Source: Azolla caroliniana (taxonomy: Eukaryota > Plantae > Polypodiophyta). Taken from it: DNA of 64,000 nucleotides. The notes below the pieces were generated by a model. It saw only the letters and a program-made list of their open reading frames with translations. It had not been told where the DNA came from and did no database searches. A program made the position numbers and the translations under genes. Location of the stretch: assembly GCA_043228905.1 (NCBI GenBank), contig JBHGNT010000014.1, positions 15,562,001 to 15,626,000 of the forward strand, read 5' to 3'. Shown piece after piece: positions 1-14,700 of the stretch (positions are counted from its first letter, which is position 1; every line of letters begins with the position of its first letter).

Positions 1-2513
1 TTCTCAAGTTATCTCATCAACTGAAGAAGTATTTTACCCAATCCCGACCCATTATCCAAAAAAGGAAGCTGAACCATCTGATGGTAATGGTTCACTAGTT
101 CAGCCTATGCCAGTCCCACATGTAAAGAAAATACCTAAGTGGGCTCAACAACTCTTCAATGATCATACTCCTAAAGTTGAGTTTCCTGAAACTTCAACTG
201 ATGGATTACGAAGATCAAGAAGAATACAGGAGCAAGGAAGAACCTCTGACCACATTGTCAACATGGCTCTGATGGTGGACATCATAGGCTCAGTGAGTGA
301 GCCAACCTCGGTGGAGGAAGCTATGGCCGACCCGAAGTGGAAAGAGGCGATGATATCAGAATATGATAGCATCATGAAAAATGACACATGGGAGTTGGTA
401 GAGAGGCCAACAAAGAAGAAGGTGATAGGCACGAAGTGGGTATGGAAAGTAAAGTATAAAGCTGATGGCTCTTTGGAGAAATTCAAGGCCAGGCTAGTAG
501 CGCAAGGATACTCCCAAATTGAAGGGTTCGATGTACAAGAAACATTTGCCCCGACAGCTCGCATGACAACAATTCGAATGGTCATAGCGTTGGCTGCTTC
601 AAGAGGATGGCCGATTTATCAAATGGATGTCAAATCAGCATTTCTGAATGGGCATCTCAAGGAGGAGGTATATGTGACACAACCACCGGGGTTTGAGATA
701 CCAAATTCAGAAAACAAAGTTTGTAAGCTGAAGAAGGCACTATATGGTCTAAAGCAAGCACCAAGAGCTTGGAACAAGAGGATAGACAGCTTCTTACGAT
801 CAATCGACTTTAAGCAATGTGCTTCGGATGCAAGTATGTATGTCAAAATGAAGGACGGGAAACAAGTCATCATTATCATTTACGTGGATGATCTAGTACT
901 TACTGGTGACCATGAAGAGTGCATTGGCCAAACACAAGAGTGTTTGAAAACTGAGTTTGAAATGACAGACTTGGGGATTCTACACTACTTCCTTGGAATT
1001 GAGGTTTGGCAAACCTCGGTCGGCATCTTCATGTCACAAAGAAAGTATGCAACAGAGATCTTGAAGACCTTCGGGATGATGGACAGCAAGTCGAAGTCGA
1101 CTCCAATGGAGTCAAACTGCAAGCTATCCCAAGAAGACTCATCACCAATGGTTGACATAAGGAAGTATAGACAACTAGTAGGAAGTCTAATTTTCCTATG
1201 CAACACTAGGCCGGATATTTGTTTTGCAGTCAATGTGGTGAGTCGATTCAGCAACAAGCCGAAGGAGACTCATTGGAAAGCTGCTCTATGTGTATTAAAG
1301 TACATTGTGGGTACTTTAAATTATGGAATCTTCTACAAGCCAACAATTGACCAACTTAGTGGATATTGCGACTCCGATTGGGCTGGAGATAGTGATTCCG
1401 GAAAATCAGTTTCTGGATATTGTTTTTCAATAGGATCTGGAGCTGTTTCATGGAGTAGTAAAAAACAACCAACAGTGGCACTATCTTCAACGGAGGCAGA
1501 ATACAAAGCAGCATGCATAGCGGCATGCGAGGTAGTTTGGCTAAGAAGAATCCTTATGGATGTGGCAGTCCCAATAAGGACGGCAACGGTATTGAGGTGT
1601 GACAATCAGAGTTGCATGGCCATTGCCAAGAACCCCGTATTTCATGCACATACTAAACACATAGAGATTCAGTATCACTATGTGCGGGAGCTAATAAATG
1701 ATGAGATTGTGGAGCTTGAGTACTGTCCAACATCAGAAAATGCTGCAGATATCTTCACAAAGGCGCTTGGAGCAGAACAGTTGCAACAACACCTTCGACG
1801 ACTAGGTGTTGGCCCAATTCCAAGTGAACTCAATGGGTTGATCATTGAGGGGGCGTGTTAGATATAATCAATGATCAGCCCCAAGTTGTAAATCTATCCC
1901 CATATGTGCTCTTAGAGTGCACATTTTGTGATAGCGCCCCAAATGAGGAGCGGCTAGTGTGCAACTCGACCATATGGGTCGATAAGGTGTTAATCTAGGA
2001 AACCGTAGATACGTAGGACACAATATATTTAGGAAAGAGAGAAATAGATAAAAGGATTGGCTAATCAAGTCAGCTAGAATATTTTGTGGGCAAGTTACGA
2101 TGTACTTAGTCTTGAAGTATGCGTCATTGACTTCAAGATAAGTATTATCTAGCACTAGCCTGTACCTAGGGAGTTGGGTCATATTAAATGACAAGTCAGT
2201 TGACAGAAAAGGAATATCTCCACTACTGTCAACTGACTTGCACATTTATACTAAGACCAAACATAGATTATAAGTCACTTTTCTCACACAGTGGTCAGAT
2301 TGATCATTAGTCCCCACTAATTTTGTAGTGAGCCGGTCCATATCCTATCTAAGCTCTAAGGTGTGAGCGCATGGGAAAACTACCATTTTGAACTACTCTC
2401 ATATGTAATAGAAATTCTGTTTACATATATCCATCTCTGCAGTTGTAACTCTATATACCTATCTACTCGATTCTCAATATTTCTAATACCCTGCCCCTAC
2501 ACAGATTCTAGCA
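1..2513 (+). mobile_element. Ty1/copia LTR retrotransposon, 3' part (RT-RNase H, PPT, 3' LTR ~1856-2513), in PUR7 intron 9
   Basis: Copia pol ORF, then purine tract TTGAGGGGGCG, then an LTR running TGTTAG...CTAGCA. Confidence 0.9.
2..1861 (+). CDS. Copia pol (reverse transcriptase RVT_2 + RNase H), open from the window edge
   Basis: [65 protein letters not shown]; no stops. Confidence 0.93.
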   Translation, partial: SQVISSTEEVFYPIPTHYPKKEAEPSDGNGSLVQPMPVPHVKKIPKWAQQLFNDHTPKVEFPETSTDGLRRSRRIQEQGRTSDHIVNMALMVDIIGSVSEPTSVEEAMADPKWKEAMISEYDSIMKNDTWELVERPTKKKVIGTKWVWKVKYKADGSLEKFKARLVAQGYSQIEGFDVQETFAPTARMTTIRMVIALAASRGWPIYQMDVKSAFLNGHLKEEVYVTQPPGFEIPNSENKVCKLKKALYGLKQAPRAWNKRIDSFLRSIDFKQCASDASMYVKMKDGKQVIIIIYVDDLVLTGDHEECIGQTQECLKTEFEMTDLGILHYFLGIEVWQTSVGIFMSQRKYATEILKTFGMMDSKSKSTPMESNCKLSQEDSSPMVDIRKYRQLVGSLIFLCNTRPDICFAVNVVSRFSNKPKETHWKAALCVLKYIVGTLNYGIFYKPTIDQLSGYCDSDWAGDSDSGKSVSGYCFSIGSGAVSWSSKKQPTVALSSTEAEYKAACIAACEVVWLRRILMDVAVPIRTATVLRCDNQSCMAIAKNPVFHAHTKHIEIQYHYVRELINDEIVELEYCPTSENAADIFTKALGAEQLQQHLRRLGVGPIPSELNGLIIEGAC

Positions 2514-2683
2514 TTGGCAATTTGCCAAAAAGGACTAACGGCAAACGCACTCACATCAAAGTGCTTAAAGAGTGGAACATCAAAACCAGAACAAAACAAA
2601 TTAATGGATTCTTTGTAGCAAGAACATATAAAATGCATGACGGAACAAGAAACAGAATGCATTGTTCCAGGTTGCTTTATCAC

Positions 2684-2734
2684 CTTATCTTTATAGGGAT
2701 CACATTTACTTCTGAACCACAGACGCAAAAACTC
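2684..2734 (-). CDS. PUR7: PUR7 exon 9 ([17 protein letters not shown])
   Basis: gcag|GAG...AAG|gtgata. Confidence 0.9.
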
Positions 2735-5700
2735 CTGCATATTAATAGAAATGACACAAAGCTGTTAGATTCTTAGACAAAATATGATGAATTATACTAA
2801 AGGATTTTACCTTGTCAATGTTTTCTGGTTCTAACCCTTCCTTAAAGTGAGCCTCGTAAGACTCGTTAATCCAGTATCTGCTTGAATCTGGTGTATGAAC
2901 CTGTGAGTAAATCTTCATACATTGGTTACCATAACCATAATGAAACTCGGTGTTTGTATATTAGAATACAACCTCATGGATAAACGTTGCATGACAAGAC
3001 TATCATACAATATTCCACATCAAAAGACAACACTAAGGACTTCAATGCCAAAGTTGTTGCTGAAATCGACTTCTAAGAAATCCTAATTCAATGGGTCCTA
3101 ATATAAAAAGCAACTAATAGAGATGAAGTAATCAATCATGCAATCAGAAAGCATGTAACCCATACTATGGCTTTACCTCATCAATCAGGAGAATGGAACC
3201 ATCTGGGGCTTTTCCAAACTCATATTTGGTGTCCACTAAAATTAAACCATGCTCCAAAGCAACTTGCTGAAATAATTCAAGACTCAAGAGTCTTAGCTGT
3301 AGAGAGCTATACAAAGTCTACATGCAAGGCAAGAGAAGGCACACCATTAACATAAAGAGAAATACCTGTCCAAAAGCAAAAAGAGCCAATGCCTTTTCAC
3401 GAACATGTTCAAAATCTTCCCTTGTCATCAATCCTTTTTTGACAATCTAATGATAAAACAAGACTCAGTAATAGCACTGCATTGTGTTAATTTTGGAGCG
3501 AATTTGAACTTTTCATTGTTCTGCTTCCTTCATAAGTATAGCCTTGGTAGAAAAAACATTGGGTGTAAGAAACTTCCCTTTGTGTTTGAACTGTTTGGTT
3601 ATATACAGAGAGCAGAAAAACAGAGTTCGAAGGTAGAACAGATAAGAGATTCAAAAGGATATACGCAATTTTGTATTGGTGTGACTGATAAGAAAATGTA
3701 AGCAAGAAGTATCTGAGATGAAGGAATATAGACAAAAAGAAAGAAAGATATAGTAATGTCTTTTAAGGGGCCAAAATAGCCTATAAGACCAAACAAGAGA
3801 CTACATCTTCAATGTTGTCTTGGTTTTGAGAACAAACCAAAATAAATGTTACTCGTAAAAAAGGTAAAAAAAGATAAAAAGAGACTAAAGAATCTTGTTA
3901 TCAGTACATTACGATTTTCAAGTCAGATATATTGTGATTTTTGTCCTCAAAATATCTCTAGCATAGGTCAATCCAGAATGGAGAGGTCTCCGAAGTGAGG
4001 AAAGCACTTGCGATGGTCCATGAAGGTGAGATCATGGTCCATGAAGCCGGGGTCTAAGTGCAGAAAAAATTGTTATCGCTTAATCTACTATAACCCCTTT
4101 GTTATATCTAGGTTGGGATCCCATTTGTGTAGCCCTTGATTGACTTGTAGCATGAGCAAAAGTGATGGGACTAAAGAAAGTTGTGATTGTTCTTTGTTCG
4201 TGAGCTTGTGTGGCGGTACCGTTGTCCAACAACTTTTCCTTGTGTCTCTTAAGTTATAGAAAGGCGTGCTTAAAGAGGCAATGGTATCTCCTCTTATTTC
4301 ATGAGAAACACTGCAATGACAAGTACAGTTTTCTTCAAATTCCAATCCCTCCAGACAGTCAGAGATCAGCACAATATCATTAGCATATTGTAATATTTGT
4401 ATAGCTATACCTGCTGCTAGGCATGCTCTCAAACCCCTGAATCTCTTATGTAATGTGATACCTCATCCATATAGAGACAGAAGAGAGTGGGTGATGGTGT
4501 GTAAGGGTTAGGACTGATGTCAATAGGGCTAAGGAATACTCAGGATTCACCCTAGTATAGCCCCTTTAGATGCAATAGTGGAGCTATGGTAGAAAAGATG
4601 TATATATATATAGAGAGAGAGGGAGCAATGGTTGAAGGAGCTCACCTTTTAGAAGTGAGATCCAAAAGTTTTTAACTTATGTTTTATATGGCCCATTTAG
4701 GGTTTGCCAAGTTCACACTGAACTTGGCCCAAAAATAACAAAAAGGTGATGAGTGACTTTTGGCCTTTATAAATAGGCCTATATATATGTACACACTATA
4801 AGGGGTTCGTTTAGGGCCTTTACCCCAACAACCTCCCACTTAAAGGCATAAATGACGCCTTTAAGCTACGTGACTCCCACCATTTGTATACATATCTGAT
4901 GTTGTGGTTTGGGTAAGCACTTGGTCAGTACATCCGCAGGGTTCTATGATGTGTGAACCTTTATCAATGTGATAAGGCCATCCTCAAGCACTTCTCGAAT
5001 GAAGGGATATCACACATCAATATGTTTTGTGCGTGCATGAAACATAGCATTCTTTGCCAAACAAATGGCACTCTGGCTATTACAACCAAGAATGGGTGCC
5101 TTTTCAGGCAAACCAAAGTCCTAACCATATTGCTTCTTTGGAAGCCTCGGTGGCTGAGATATATTCTGCCTCAGTAGTGGACAAAGCAACAACCTTTTGC
5201 AGCCTACTACACCATGATATAGCACCACCTGCAAGTGTGAATACATAGCCACTTGCGGATTTCCGTGTATCCACATCACCTGCCATGTCAACGTCACAGA
5301 AACCCTTCAGCTCTAATGGGCCTTTTCCATAACAGAGTCATTTGTTTTTAGTCCCTTTTAAGTACCTCATAATGGACTTTACTGCATTCCAATGTGCCTT
5401 GCCCGGATTAACCATGAATTGGCTTACAACTCCCACTGCATAGGCAATATCAGGTCTAGTAGCAACCATAGCATACATAAGTGAACCACAAGCTGATGCG
5501 TAAGGTACACCTTGCATGTCACTGATTGCTTCTTGTGTCTTAGGACAATCTTCCTTAGAGACTTAATCATATGGCTGTAATGGCAGTCCTAGAGGCTTTG
5601 CGTCAGCCATACAAAATCTGTCCAGCACCTTGTCAATGTATTTTTCTTCAGATAAATACAATGTGTGTTGCTCCCTTTGTCTCCTAATTCTTACTCCAAG

Positions 5701-8700
5701 TACATGTTCAGCTTCCCCAAGGTCTTTCATTGAAAATGCAGATTTCAGCTGCTTTTTAAGGACATCAACAGTGCTCCTTTTCTTGGCAGCAATGAGATAT
5801 CATCTACATATAGTACAAGAATGATTGGGTTGCCACTTTCATCTCTTTTAGTATACAAACAGTGATTAGCATGGCTTCTTTTGTACTCATGTTTGAGCAT
5901 AAAAGCGTAACTTTTTGTACCATTGTCTAGAAGCTTATTTCAACCCATACAAGCTTCTATTGAGCTTGCATACCAATGTTCCTTTCCAGGAATAACAAAG
6001 CCCTCAGGCTGTTTCATGTAAAGCTCTTCGTCAATGTCACCATGCAAAAAAGCTGTATGTACATCCATTTGGTCTAATTCCAGATCAAGTGCAGCTACTA
6101 TAGCAAATAGCACTCGCAACGTGGTCATTTTTACCACAGGAGAAAACACTTCCTGAAAATCTATGCCCTTAGTTTGAGCATATCCTTTTGCAACCAGCCT
6201 TGATTTATACTTGGGAACGGTCTTAAATTTATATACCCATTTGTTAGGAATAGCTTTCCTTCCTTTGGGCAGTTCAATCAAGTCCTAAGTATTATTAGAA
6301 TGCAAAGCCTTAATCTCTTCTTGCATAGCAAGCTCCCATTTATTGTTGTGCTCACATGCCTTTGCCTCTTTATATGTAAGAGGTTCTCCCTCATCGGTCA
6401 ACATTATGTAGTGCAACGAGGGGTCAAATCTACTCACATTTCGTCTTATACGAGTAGAATGTCTCACCCAATGATCCATATTGTCAGGAAATGGATCAAC
6501 ATCAGGTGACATGTCCAAATCCTCATTGTTAGGCTGCTGTCCATTATTTTCAGCACCATTTTCAGCATTATTATTTGGCTGCATATTCCTTTCAGGATCC
6601 TCACCTTGCTGTCCAACATCTTCTGGCTCCAAAACCACTGGATGATCAATATTTTCAGTCCTTTGTGGTGGATCCTGATGGTCAAAACTGGGTCTAACAG
6701 GTGGCTGGTCATGCTGAAATCTAACCCTTTCATGGTCATCTTTTGAGGCACAATTGTTTTGAAGCAGTCTTGCCTTATTGAAAACAACATCTCGGCTGTG
6801 TATAACCTTCTTGAGTTGGGGTATCCAAATCCTATAACCCATTTCGCCTTCTTCACCATATCCCATGAAGAGGCCCTTAATGGACTTGGCATCAAGTTTG
6901 TTTCTCAGCTCAGGCCTTGTTGGGAATAAAGGGCCATCGTGCCTTTTATTAGTGCACGAGTGTGAACGCACTCGTAGCACACTTTTGAGTTGTATATATA
7001 TAATATCTAAAAACCAAAAAAGAGGTACACTCTTTTGTACCCAAGATAGCGTGCATCTCTCTCTCTCACTCAGACTCTCTCCCTCTCTGTTTTTGACCTA
7101 AACCCTAATCCTCGTGCTGCCTTCAAACTGGTATCAGAGCCAAGGTTTAGGGTTTTATGCAGAGAAAAGTTTAGGGTTTTCTGCAGGCAAAGTTTAAGGT
7201 TTTTTGCAGAGCAGAGTTTAAGGTTTTCTGCAGAGCAGAGTTTAAGGTTTTCTGCAGAGCAGAGATTAGGGTTTTCTGCAGAGCAGAGTTTAAGGTTTTC
7301 TGCAGAGCAGAGATTAGGGTTTTCTGCAAAGCAGAGTTTAGGGTTTTTTGCAGAGCAGGTCACGTTTTCTGCAGTGCAGGTTTGGTCCTCCGTTTGGGCT
7401 AAAATCATGACTAGCAGCAGTGAAAGTAGCCACCTTATGCACATCAAGAAGCTTGAGGGTGCACATAACTTTGCGGTTTGGAAAAAGCAGTGCTACAACA
7501 TCCTGCTGCAAAAGAAGCATGCAAAGCCTATAAAAGTCAAAGGGGTAAAGCCTATAGATATGGACGAAGATGATTGGCAAGAGTTGAATGAGCTTGCACG
7601 CTCGACTATTGAGTTGTCGATTTCTGATGCCTTGCTTTTTAATATCGATGGTTTGGACTCCGCCTATTCTATATGGATTAGCCTAGCGGAACTGTATGCC
7701 CAAAAGACGGCAGCTAGCAAAGTTTATTGGCTTAAGAAACTTATGGATTTGCGTATGACAAAGGGCACACCCATGTCAACTCACCTGAGTGAGTTCAATT
7801 CCATTTTCAGCCAGTTGATTGCCTTGAAATTCATCATTGATGATGATTTTAAGGCCACGTTTTTACTTTGCACCTTGCCAGAAGTTGGGATATTTTCAGG
7901 ACTGCTATGAGCAATTCAAATGCGACGCTTCTTTATGCCAATGTAGAGAGTCCTCTACTCATGGAAGAGATGAGTCGGCAAATTAATGCATCCAATAAGT
8001 CCTCTAGTGCGTTGCATATGAGGGGTACGTCACAACAAAGAGGCAAATCCGATAGTTATGGCCGTAGCAAATCACGTGGTAAAGATGTAGAATGCCATCA
8101 CTGTGGCAAAAAGGGTCACTTTAAACGTGATTGTTTCAAATGGAAGAAAGAGAAAGGAAAGGCCAAGAAGATAGATGATTTCATAGAAGAAAAGAGAGAC
8201 ATTCAACCGAGGAAAGGCAATACTAAAAATGAAGAGGTGAATGTAGTCACTCATGATAGTGATAGTGGAAATGATGTATTCTTTGTTTCATCATGCCATA
8301 GAGAACATGCTTCACTTGCAGATACGGATGGTGACATGCACACTTGGATACTCGATTCCGGTGCTTCTTTTCACGTCACCCCTCATCGTGAGTGGTTTTC
8401 AGATTACATAGGGGGTTGACATGGTGTTATCCATCTTGGGGACAACTATGCATGTGAAATTGCAGGTATTGGCACTGTGCAATTACAGTTTCAGCATGGT
8501 TCTGCTTTCACACTTCAGCATGTACGGCATGTACCTCAGCTTGAGAAGAGCTTGATTAGCACAGGACAGCTAGATGATGATGGATTTCACAAAACCTTTG
8601 GTGATGGGAAATGGAAGATTTGTAAGGGATCTAGAGTTGTTGCCAAGGGTAGTAAAAGTGATACTTTGTATCCTCTCCATGTATCTAGTATGAGTGACCA

Positions 8701-11700
8701 TGTTGTTGCCATAACCGAGCAGCCTAGTGTTTCTTTGTGGCATGGCCGGTTGGGACAGAGGTGTCTCATGCTGCATTACCCCATGGTTTTTGGGCAGAGG
8801 CTGTTATGACAGCTGTTCACTTGATTAATCAGTCACCTAACAGGTCTTTGGGAGGGGGAATACCCCAAGAAGCGTGGTCGGGCAAGCCATCTTCATATGC
8901 TCACTTGAGAGTGTTTAGTTGTGAGGCTTTTGTGCACATTCGTAAAGAACAACGCAACAAACTTGAGCCAAAGTCCTGCAAATGTATTTTCCTAGGATAC
9001 GGTGACGAGGGTGAAATGGGGTATAGATTGTGGGATCCCGAGAAAAGAAAAATAGTACGCAGCAATGATGTTATCTTCCGGGAAAATCGCATGCATAAAC
9101 AACCCGAAAAGACTGAGGAAGTACGTAGGGTTGTATTCCGAGAAGAAATACCTTTTAGACAGGAAAATGTGCCTGCTGTACAGCAGCAAACACCTGCTGT
9201 AAAATTACCTGCAAATGCAGAAAATGAGGTTGGAAATGATCAGCCAGTCTTTGCCAATAATGATGAGCCACCAAATGTGCAGGAACAGCTAGAACAGCAA
9301 GCTGTGAATGCTGATTTGCAGGCTGAAATGCCTGGACTGCAAATTGAAAATGATGATTTGCAGGCTCAACAGCTACCAAACAATGAGCATTGGGTTAGGA
9401 GATCGTCTACAGTTACTAGACAGCCTGACAGATTTGTTCCTGATGCAAACAATGTGGCTGATTATGTCATGGTAACTGATTGTGGCGAACCGACTTGCTT
9501 CAAGGAAGCAATGGACAGACAGGACAATAAGAAATGGTATAACGCCATGTTGTCAGAGATGGAATCTCTTGAGAAAAATGATACTTGGGATTTGGTGCAA
9601 TTGCCTAAAGGGCAGAAAACACTTCCATGCAAATGGGTTTATAAAATGAAGGTCATTTCTGATTCCTCGCCAAAGTACAAAGCAAGATTGGTTGCAAAAG
9701 GATACAAGCAGGAATATGGAGTTGATTTTGATGAGATCTTCTCGTCTGTGGTCAAGATGACTACATTAAGAATCATTTTGGGCTTAGTTGCAGCTGAAGA
9801 TATGGAGCTCATACAGATGGATGTGAAGACCGCCTTTTTACATGGCGATCTGCATGAAGACATATATATGCAGCAGCCTGAAGGTTTTGTCACTAAAGGC
9901 AAAGAGAAGATGGTTTGTAAGCTCAAAAGGAGTTTGTATGGGTTGAAACAAGCACCAAGAGAATGGTATCATAAATTTGATGCATTTATGCAGTCTCAAG
10001 GTTTTCGTAGAAGTCAAGTGGACCTTTGCTTGTACACCAAGAAGGCAGGAGATGGCAGACTGATTATCTTGGTTTTGTATGTTGATGATATGTTGATTGC
10101 TGGCAAGGATGTTCATGCCTTGAATTCATTGAAGCAAAGCCTTCATGGCAGCTTTATATGAAGGATCTTGGTGATGCAAATCACATCCTTGGCATGCGAA
10201 TACTCCGAAACCGATCGAAAGGGGTACTCTTTCTATCTCAGCAGGAGTATATCTCTAAGGTTTTGCAGCGTTTCAATATGGAAGGGGGGGAAACAATTGG
10301 GGTTCCATTGCCTCCATATTTGAAACTCAGTGCAGAAGACAGCCCTACATCTGATGATGAGAAGGCTGAAATGGCTAAGGTTCCATATGCTTCTGCCGTT
10401 GGCAGTTTGATATATGCGATGGTTGCTACTCGCCCTAATATTGCCTTTGCAGTGGGAGTGGTTAGTAGGTATATGGCAAATCCCGGCAAAAAGCATTGGG
10501 AAGCGGTGAAAGGTATTATGAGATACCTCAAAGACACAAAGGACTTGTGTATTTGCTTTGGAAAGCAAAAGGCATCTGTCGTTGGTTTTACGGATGCGGA
10601 CTATGCTGGTCACGCAGACTGCAAGAAGTCTACTTCTGGGTATGTGTTTACTTTCACAGGAGGAGCGGTCTCTTGGATCTCCAGACTACAGAAGTGTGTT
10701 GCATTGTCTACTACAGAGGCAGAGTATATTGCTGCCACTGAGGCATGCAAAGAGGCTTTATGGCTTTCATATCTAGTGAGAGATCTTGGCATTACAGAGT
10801 TACCTATTCTTCATTGTGACAGCCAAAGTGCTATCATGCTAGCTCGAAATCCCATCTTTCATGCAAAGATGAAGCACATAGAGGTGAAGTATCACTTCAT
10901 CAGAGATGTACTTGACAACAAGAACATTGAACTTGTCAAAGTACATACAAATAATAATCCTGCAGATCTTCTCACGAAGGGTCTTCCAACTAAGCGATTT
11001 GCTCATTGCCGACAGATGATGGGAGTTGGATAGATGTATGTATGTAGTTCAGCTTTGTACATACTTGGACTTAGCTGACTTTTTTTTTGTTTTTTTTTCT
11101 TCTCACGGCACATTGCCTTTAGGTGGGAGGTTGTTGGGAATAAAGGGCCATTGTGCCTTTTATTAGTGCACGAGTGTGAACGCACTCGTAGCACACTTTT
11201 GAGTTGTATATACATAATATCTAAAAACCAAAAAAGAGGTACACTCTTTTGTACCCAAGACAGCGTGCATCTCTCTCTCTCACTCAGACTCTCTCCCTCT
11301 CTGTTTTTGACCTAAACCCTAATCCTCGTGCTGCCTTCAGGCCTTATATGTACAAAAGCCTCGCAGCCAAAAACACATAAGTGATCGTATGAAGCAGGTT
11401 TGCCATACCAAACCTCTTTAGGGATGTCACCCTTTCAAGACGTGTGAGGGGATCTATTGCATACATGTACTGCAGTTTTCAGTGCCTCTCCTCAAAAGCC
11501 ATGAGGGAGATTAGCAATGGACAGCATGCATCTCACTCTCTCACAAAGCGTCCTGTTATATCGTTCAGCCACACCATTAGAAGAGGGGCTGTATGGAACA
11601 GTAAGCTCCCTCTAATACCAATAATTTCACAAAATTTCTTGAATTCAGCACTTGTATATTCACCACCATTGTCTGTACGCAAACATTTCAGTTTTTTGCC

Positions 11701-14700
11701 TGTTTGAGTGGTCACAAATGCATAAAAACGCTTAAATGCAGCTAAGGCTTCATCCTTAGATTTAAGCAATTGAACCCAAATTTTTCTAGAGAAATCATCA
11801 ACAAATGAGATAAAATACATTGCACCCCCCATAGATTTGGTGGGCATGCTACACACATCAGAATGAACAAGATCAAGTACACAAGACTTACGAGACACAC
11901 CAGAGTAAAAGGAACGCTTCACTTGCTTTCCATATTGGCATTCATTACAAAAATCTAGCTTCGTGCCTTTAGCATCAAGCTTCTTTAGATTACAAAGCCT
12001 AGTGAGACCCTTTTGGCTCATATGGCCAAGTCTCTTATGCCACAACTCCATATGGGAGTGAACTTCAGCCAAAGCAATAAATTTGCCCGATATAGCATTT
12101 CCATGTAAGCAATAAAGTGTTCCCTTTTTTGTGCCTTTCACAATCAGCCTTGAACCTTTTGTCATTTTCCATGATCCTCTCTCAAAGAGAATGTTATAAC
12201 CATGCATATCCATTTGCCCCACAGAAAGCAAGCTCTTCTTGATCCTTTGTACATAATGCACATTATGCAAAACCAGCTCATTAGTGCCATCTGTAGAAAA
12301 ACGCACAGTGCCAATACCCTCAATGGCCATGGCTGCCTGAAGTAAAAGTAAGAAAACACTCCTTGATAGGAGTCACACGAAATGAAGCACCAGAGTCAAC
12401 TATCCATGTTTGGGCTAATGCATCATTGACAATCAGCAAAGCATCAATAAGATCATTCTTAGTGATGCACATGTCCTCTGAAGGAATATTTAGAGAGGCA
12501 TCATATGCATAAGTATCATCTGCTGAAAAACTAGCACATAAAATGTCCTCAACATCTGACAACTCCTCTATGACTACATTAGAGGCCAAATTGGCCTTCT
12601 CTTCGTCCTTTTGGCTATCATGTGCATTAGTCTTGTCCTTTCTCTTATCTCCAGAATTCCTTTTTCTTTCAAGTTCTGCTTTGTAATAGCGGCAATCAAG
12701 TTTCTTGTGGCCTTTCCAGCCACACTGATAGCATGTTACATCATTGCTTTTAACTTTGCTACTATTTCCCCTTTCTTGGCTTTTACTTATGTTCCTATGT
12801 GCATAGTTACTTCTTTTATTTGTCCTACCTCTAACCATGTTGGTTGAGTTGCCACCTTCTCCACTTGCTTTTCTCCTGATCTCTTCATTGAGTATGGAGC
12901 CCCTAACACCATCAAAGGTCAAGTTGGGGCTATTAGATAATGGGACTACCAATGTCTCCCATGAGTCGGGTAGTGTCATTAACAGGAAAATGTCTTTGAG
13001 CTTATCATCAAAAGGAGTCATTCCTGAGCCTTGCAGCTGTGATAAGGTACCTGTAAATAAGGACAAGTGTTCAGTTGCACTCTTGGACTCATCCAATTGC
13101 ATGCCAACAAGCTTTCGCATTAGGTGTACTTGATTAACAAGTGTACTGTTTTCATATGTAGCCTTCAGCTTTGCCCATATTTTAGAAGCAAATTCCAACC
13201 CTTTGAGATCTACCAAGATCTCATCAGAAACAGCCATCTTGATATATATGACAGCCTTTTTGTTTAAAATCTACCATGCATCTTCTAACATGTTCTCTGG
13301 TTTTTCTGCCTCCAACGCACTCTCACAATCCTTCAAAAAAAGAATTCCTTGCATTCTTTCTTTCCACAAGTCAAAACCTGTTCCCTCAAATCGCCGAATC
13401 TCAAAAAGATTCTTCACTTCTGAGGAGGATGACGCCATAGCTCACAATAAAGAGGTTTGAACACCTGTTCTTTGCTGTACAGCAATTGTGCAGAAGTTCA
13501 GAAACCATCGCTCTGATACCAGTTGTAAGGGTTAGGACTGATGTCAATAGGGCTAAGGAATGCTCAGGATTCACCCTAGTATAGGTCCTTTAGATGCAAT
13601 AGTGGAGCTATGGTAGAAAAGATAGAGACAGAGAGAGAGAGCAATAGTTGGAGGAGCTCACCTTTTAGAAGTGAGATCCAAAAGTTTTTAACTTATGTTT
13701 TATATGGCCCATTTAGGGTTTGCCAAGTTCACACTGAACTTGGCCCAAAAATAACAAAAAGGCGATGAGTGACTTTTGGCCTTTATAAATAGGCCTATAT
13801 ATATGTATACACTATAAGGGGGTCATTTAGGGCCTTTACCCCAACATGGTGTGCATCCTTGTTTTTACTCTAATTGTGCTAGCCACAGTCTCTGAGAAAC
13901 CATTGGAAACCGCACTTTTCCTAGCACAGATTCATGCAGTGCATAGATTCCCCATTGCATATCTATAAGGATACCAAGGGCTTCTAGACATTGCATAAGC
14001 CAAGCATGTGGCACAGTGTCAAAGGCTTTTCAAACTTAAACAAAGCAGCAATAAATCCCCTTATTATGAGCTCTGCCATCGTCGTTAAGGGCTTGGGGGT
14101 TTAATATGTGATCTAGGTTGTGAACCTTTTCGGGAAGCCTGCATGTCTAGCTGAACTGCAGCCATGACTCTAGGATCGAGCCGTGTAGTTTAACCAAGTA
14201 ATGGCCAATCATGATTGTCCTGTAGTTGTTTGGCATCATGGGGTCTCCAACCCTTGAGGATTGGCACAATGATATGTTCTGCCCATCTGGTAGCGAAAAA
14301 TTTACACATAGCTAGCTCTATTAAAGATGTGTGCTAGCAATGGGAACAAGATGTCCTGATAAAGTGTTCACCTACCAATCCATCATGATCTTGGGTCTTC
14401 TGAAAATGTACCCAATCAATGACATTTCTTACATTTTGGGAAGTGAAAAGGTGGATACACTTTCTCTTCAAATTTAGGTTAATGGATATTTCCCAAGGAA
14501 TGGTGTATGACAATTGACCTTCAATGATTTTAATTACAAATACTAGTCTACCTTGATAGAGTTTTAAAAAATAAGTTTGAATAGAATTGAACAAACTTAG
14601 CTTGCAAAGGTTACCTCATTTCCAGAAATGGGAACATCATGATCTTTTGCTTTTGTTGTTGGAGTCAAAATATTTTCACTCAATCTTTGATTCTTTACGA

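Larger units (their letters stand above)
4500..13846 (-). mobile_element. Full-length degenerate Ty1/copia element; LTRs 13524-13846 (5') and 4500-4830 (3'), TSD TGGTG
   Basis: TG..CA LTR pair; TSD 4495-4499/13847-13851; tRNA-iMet PBS (TGGTATCAGAGC on minus, ~13510-13521); PPT at 4831-4841; broken gag-PR-INT (11345-13437) and INT-RT-RH (4870-6912). Confidence 0.95.
3730..14470 (-). mobile_element. Degenerate non-LTR retrotransposon (same family as 23359-26175), split by the Copia at 4500-13846
   Basis: Pieces 13852-14470 and 3730-4494 match the RT region ([12 protein letters not shown]; [15 protein letters not shown]) and the 3' end/(TTTC)n tail of the 23-26 kb LINE. They join across the Copia TSD. 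Confidence 0.8.

Noticed and set aside
163-1605. Antisense ORFs opposite retroelement pol genes (here and throughout the window)
   Set aside because: Shadow frames of real coding sequence with no independent motifs
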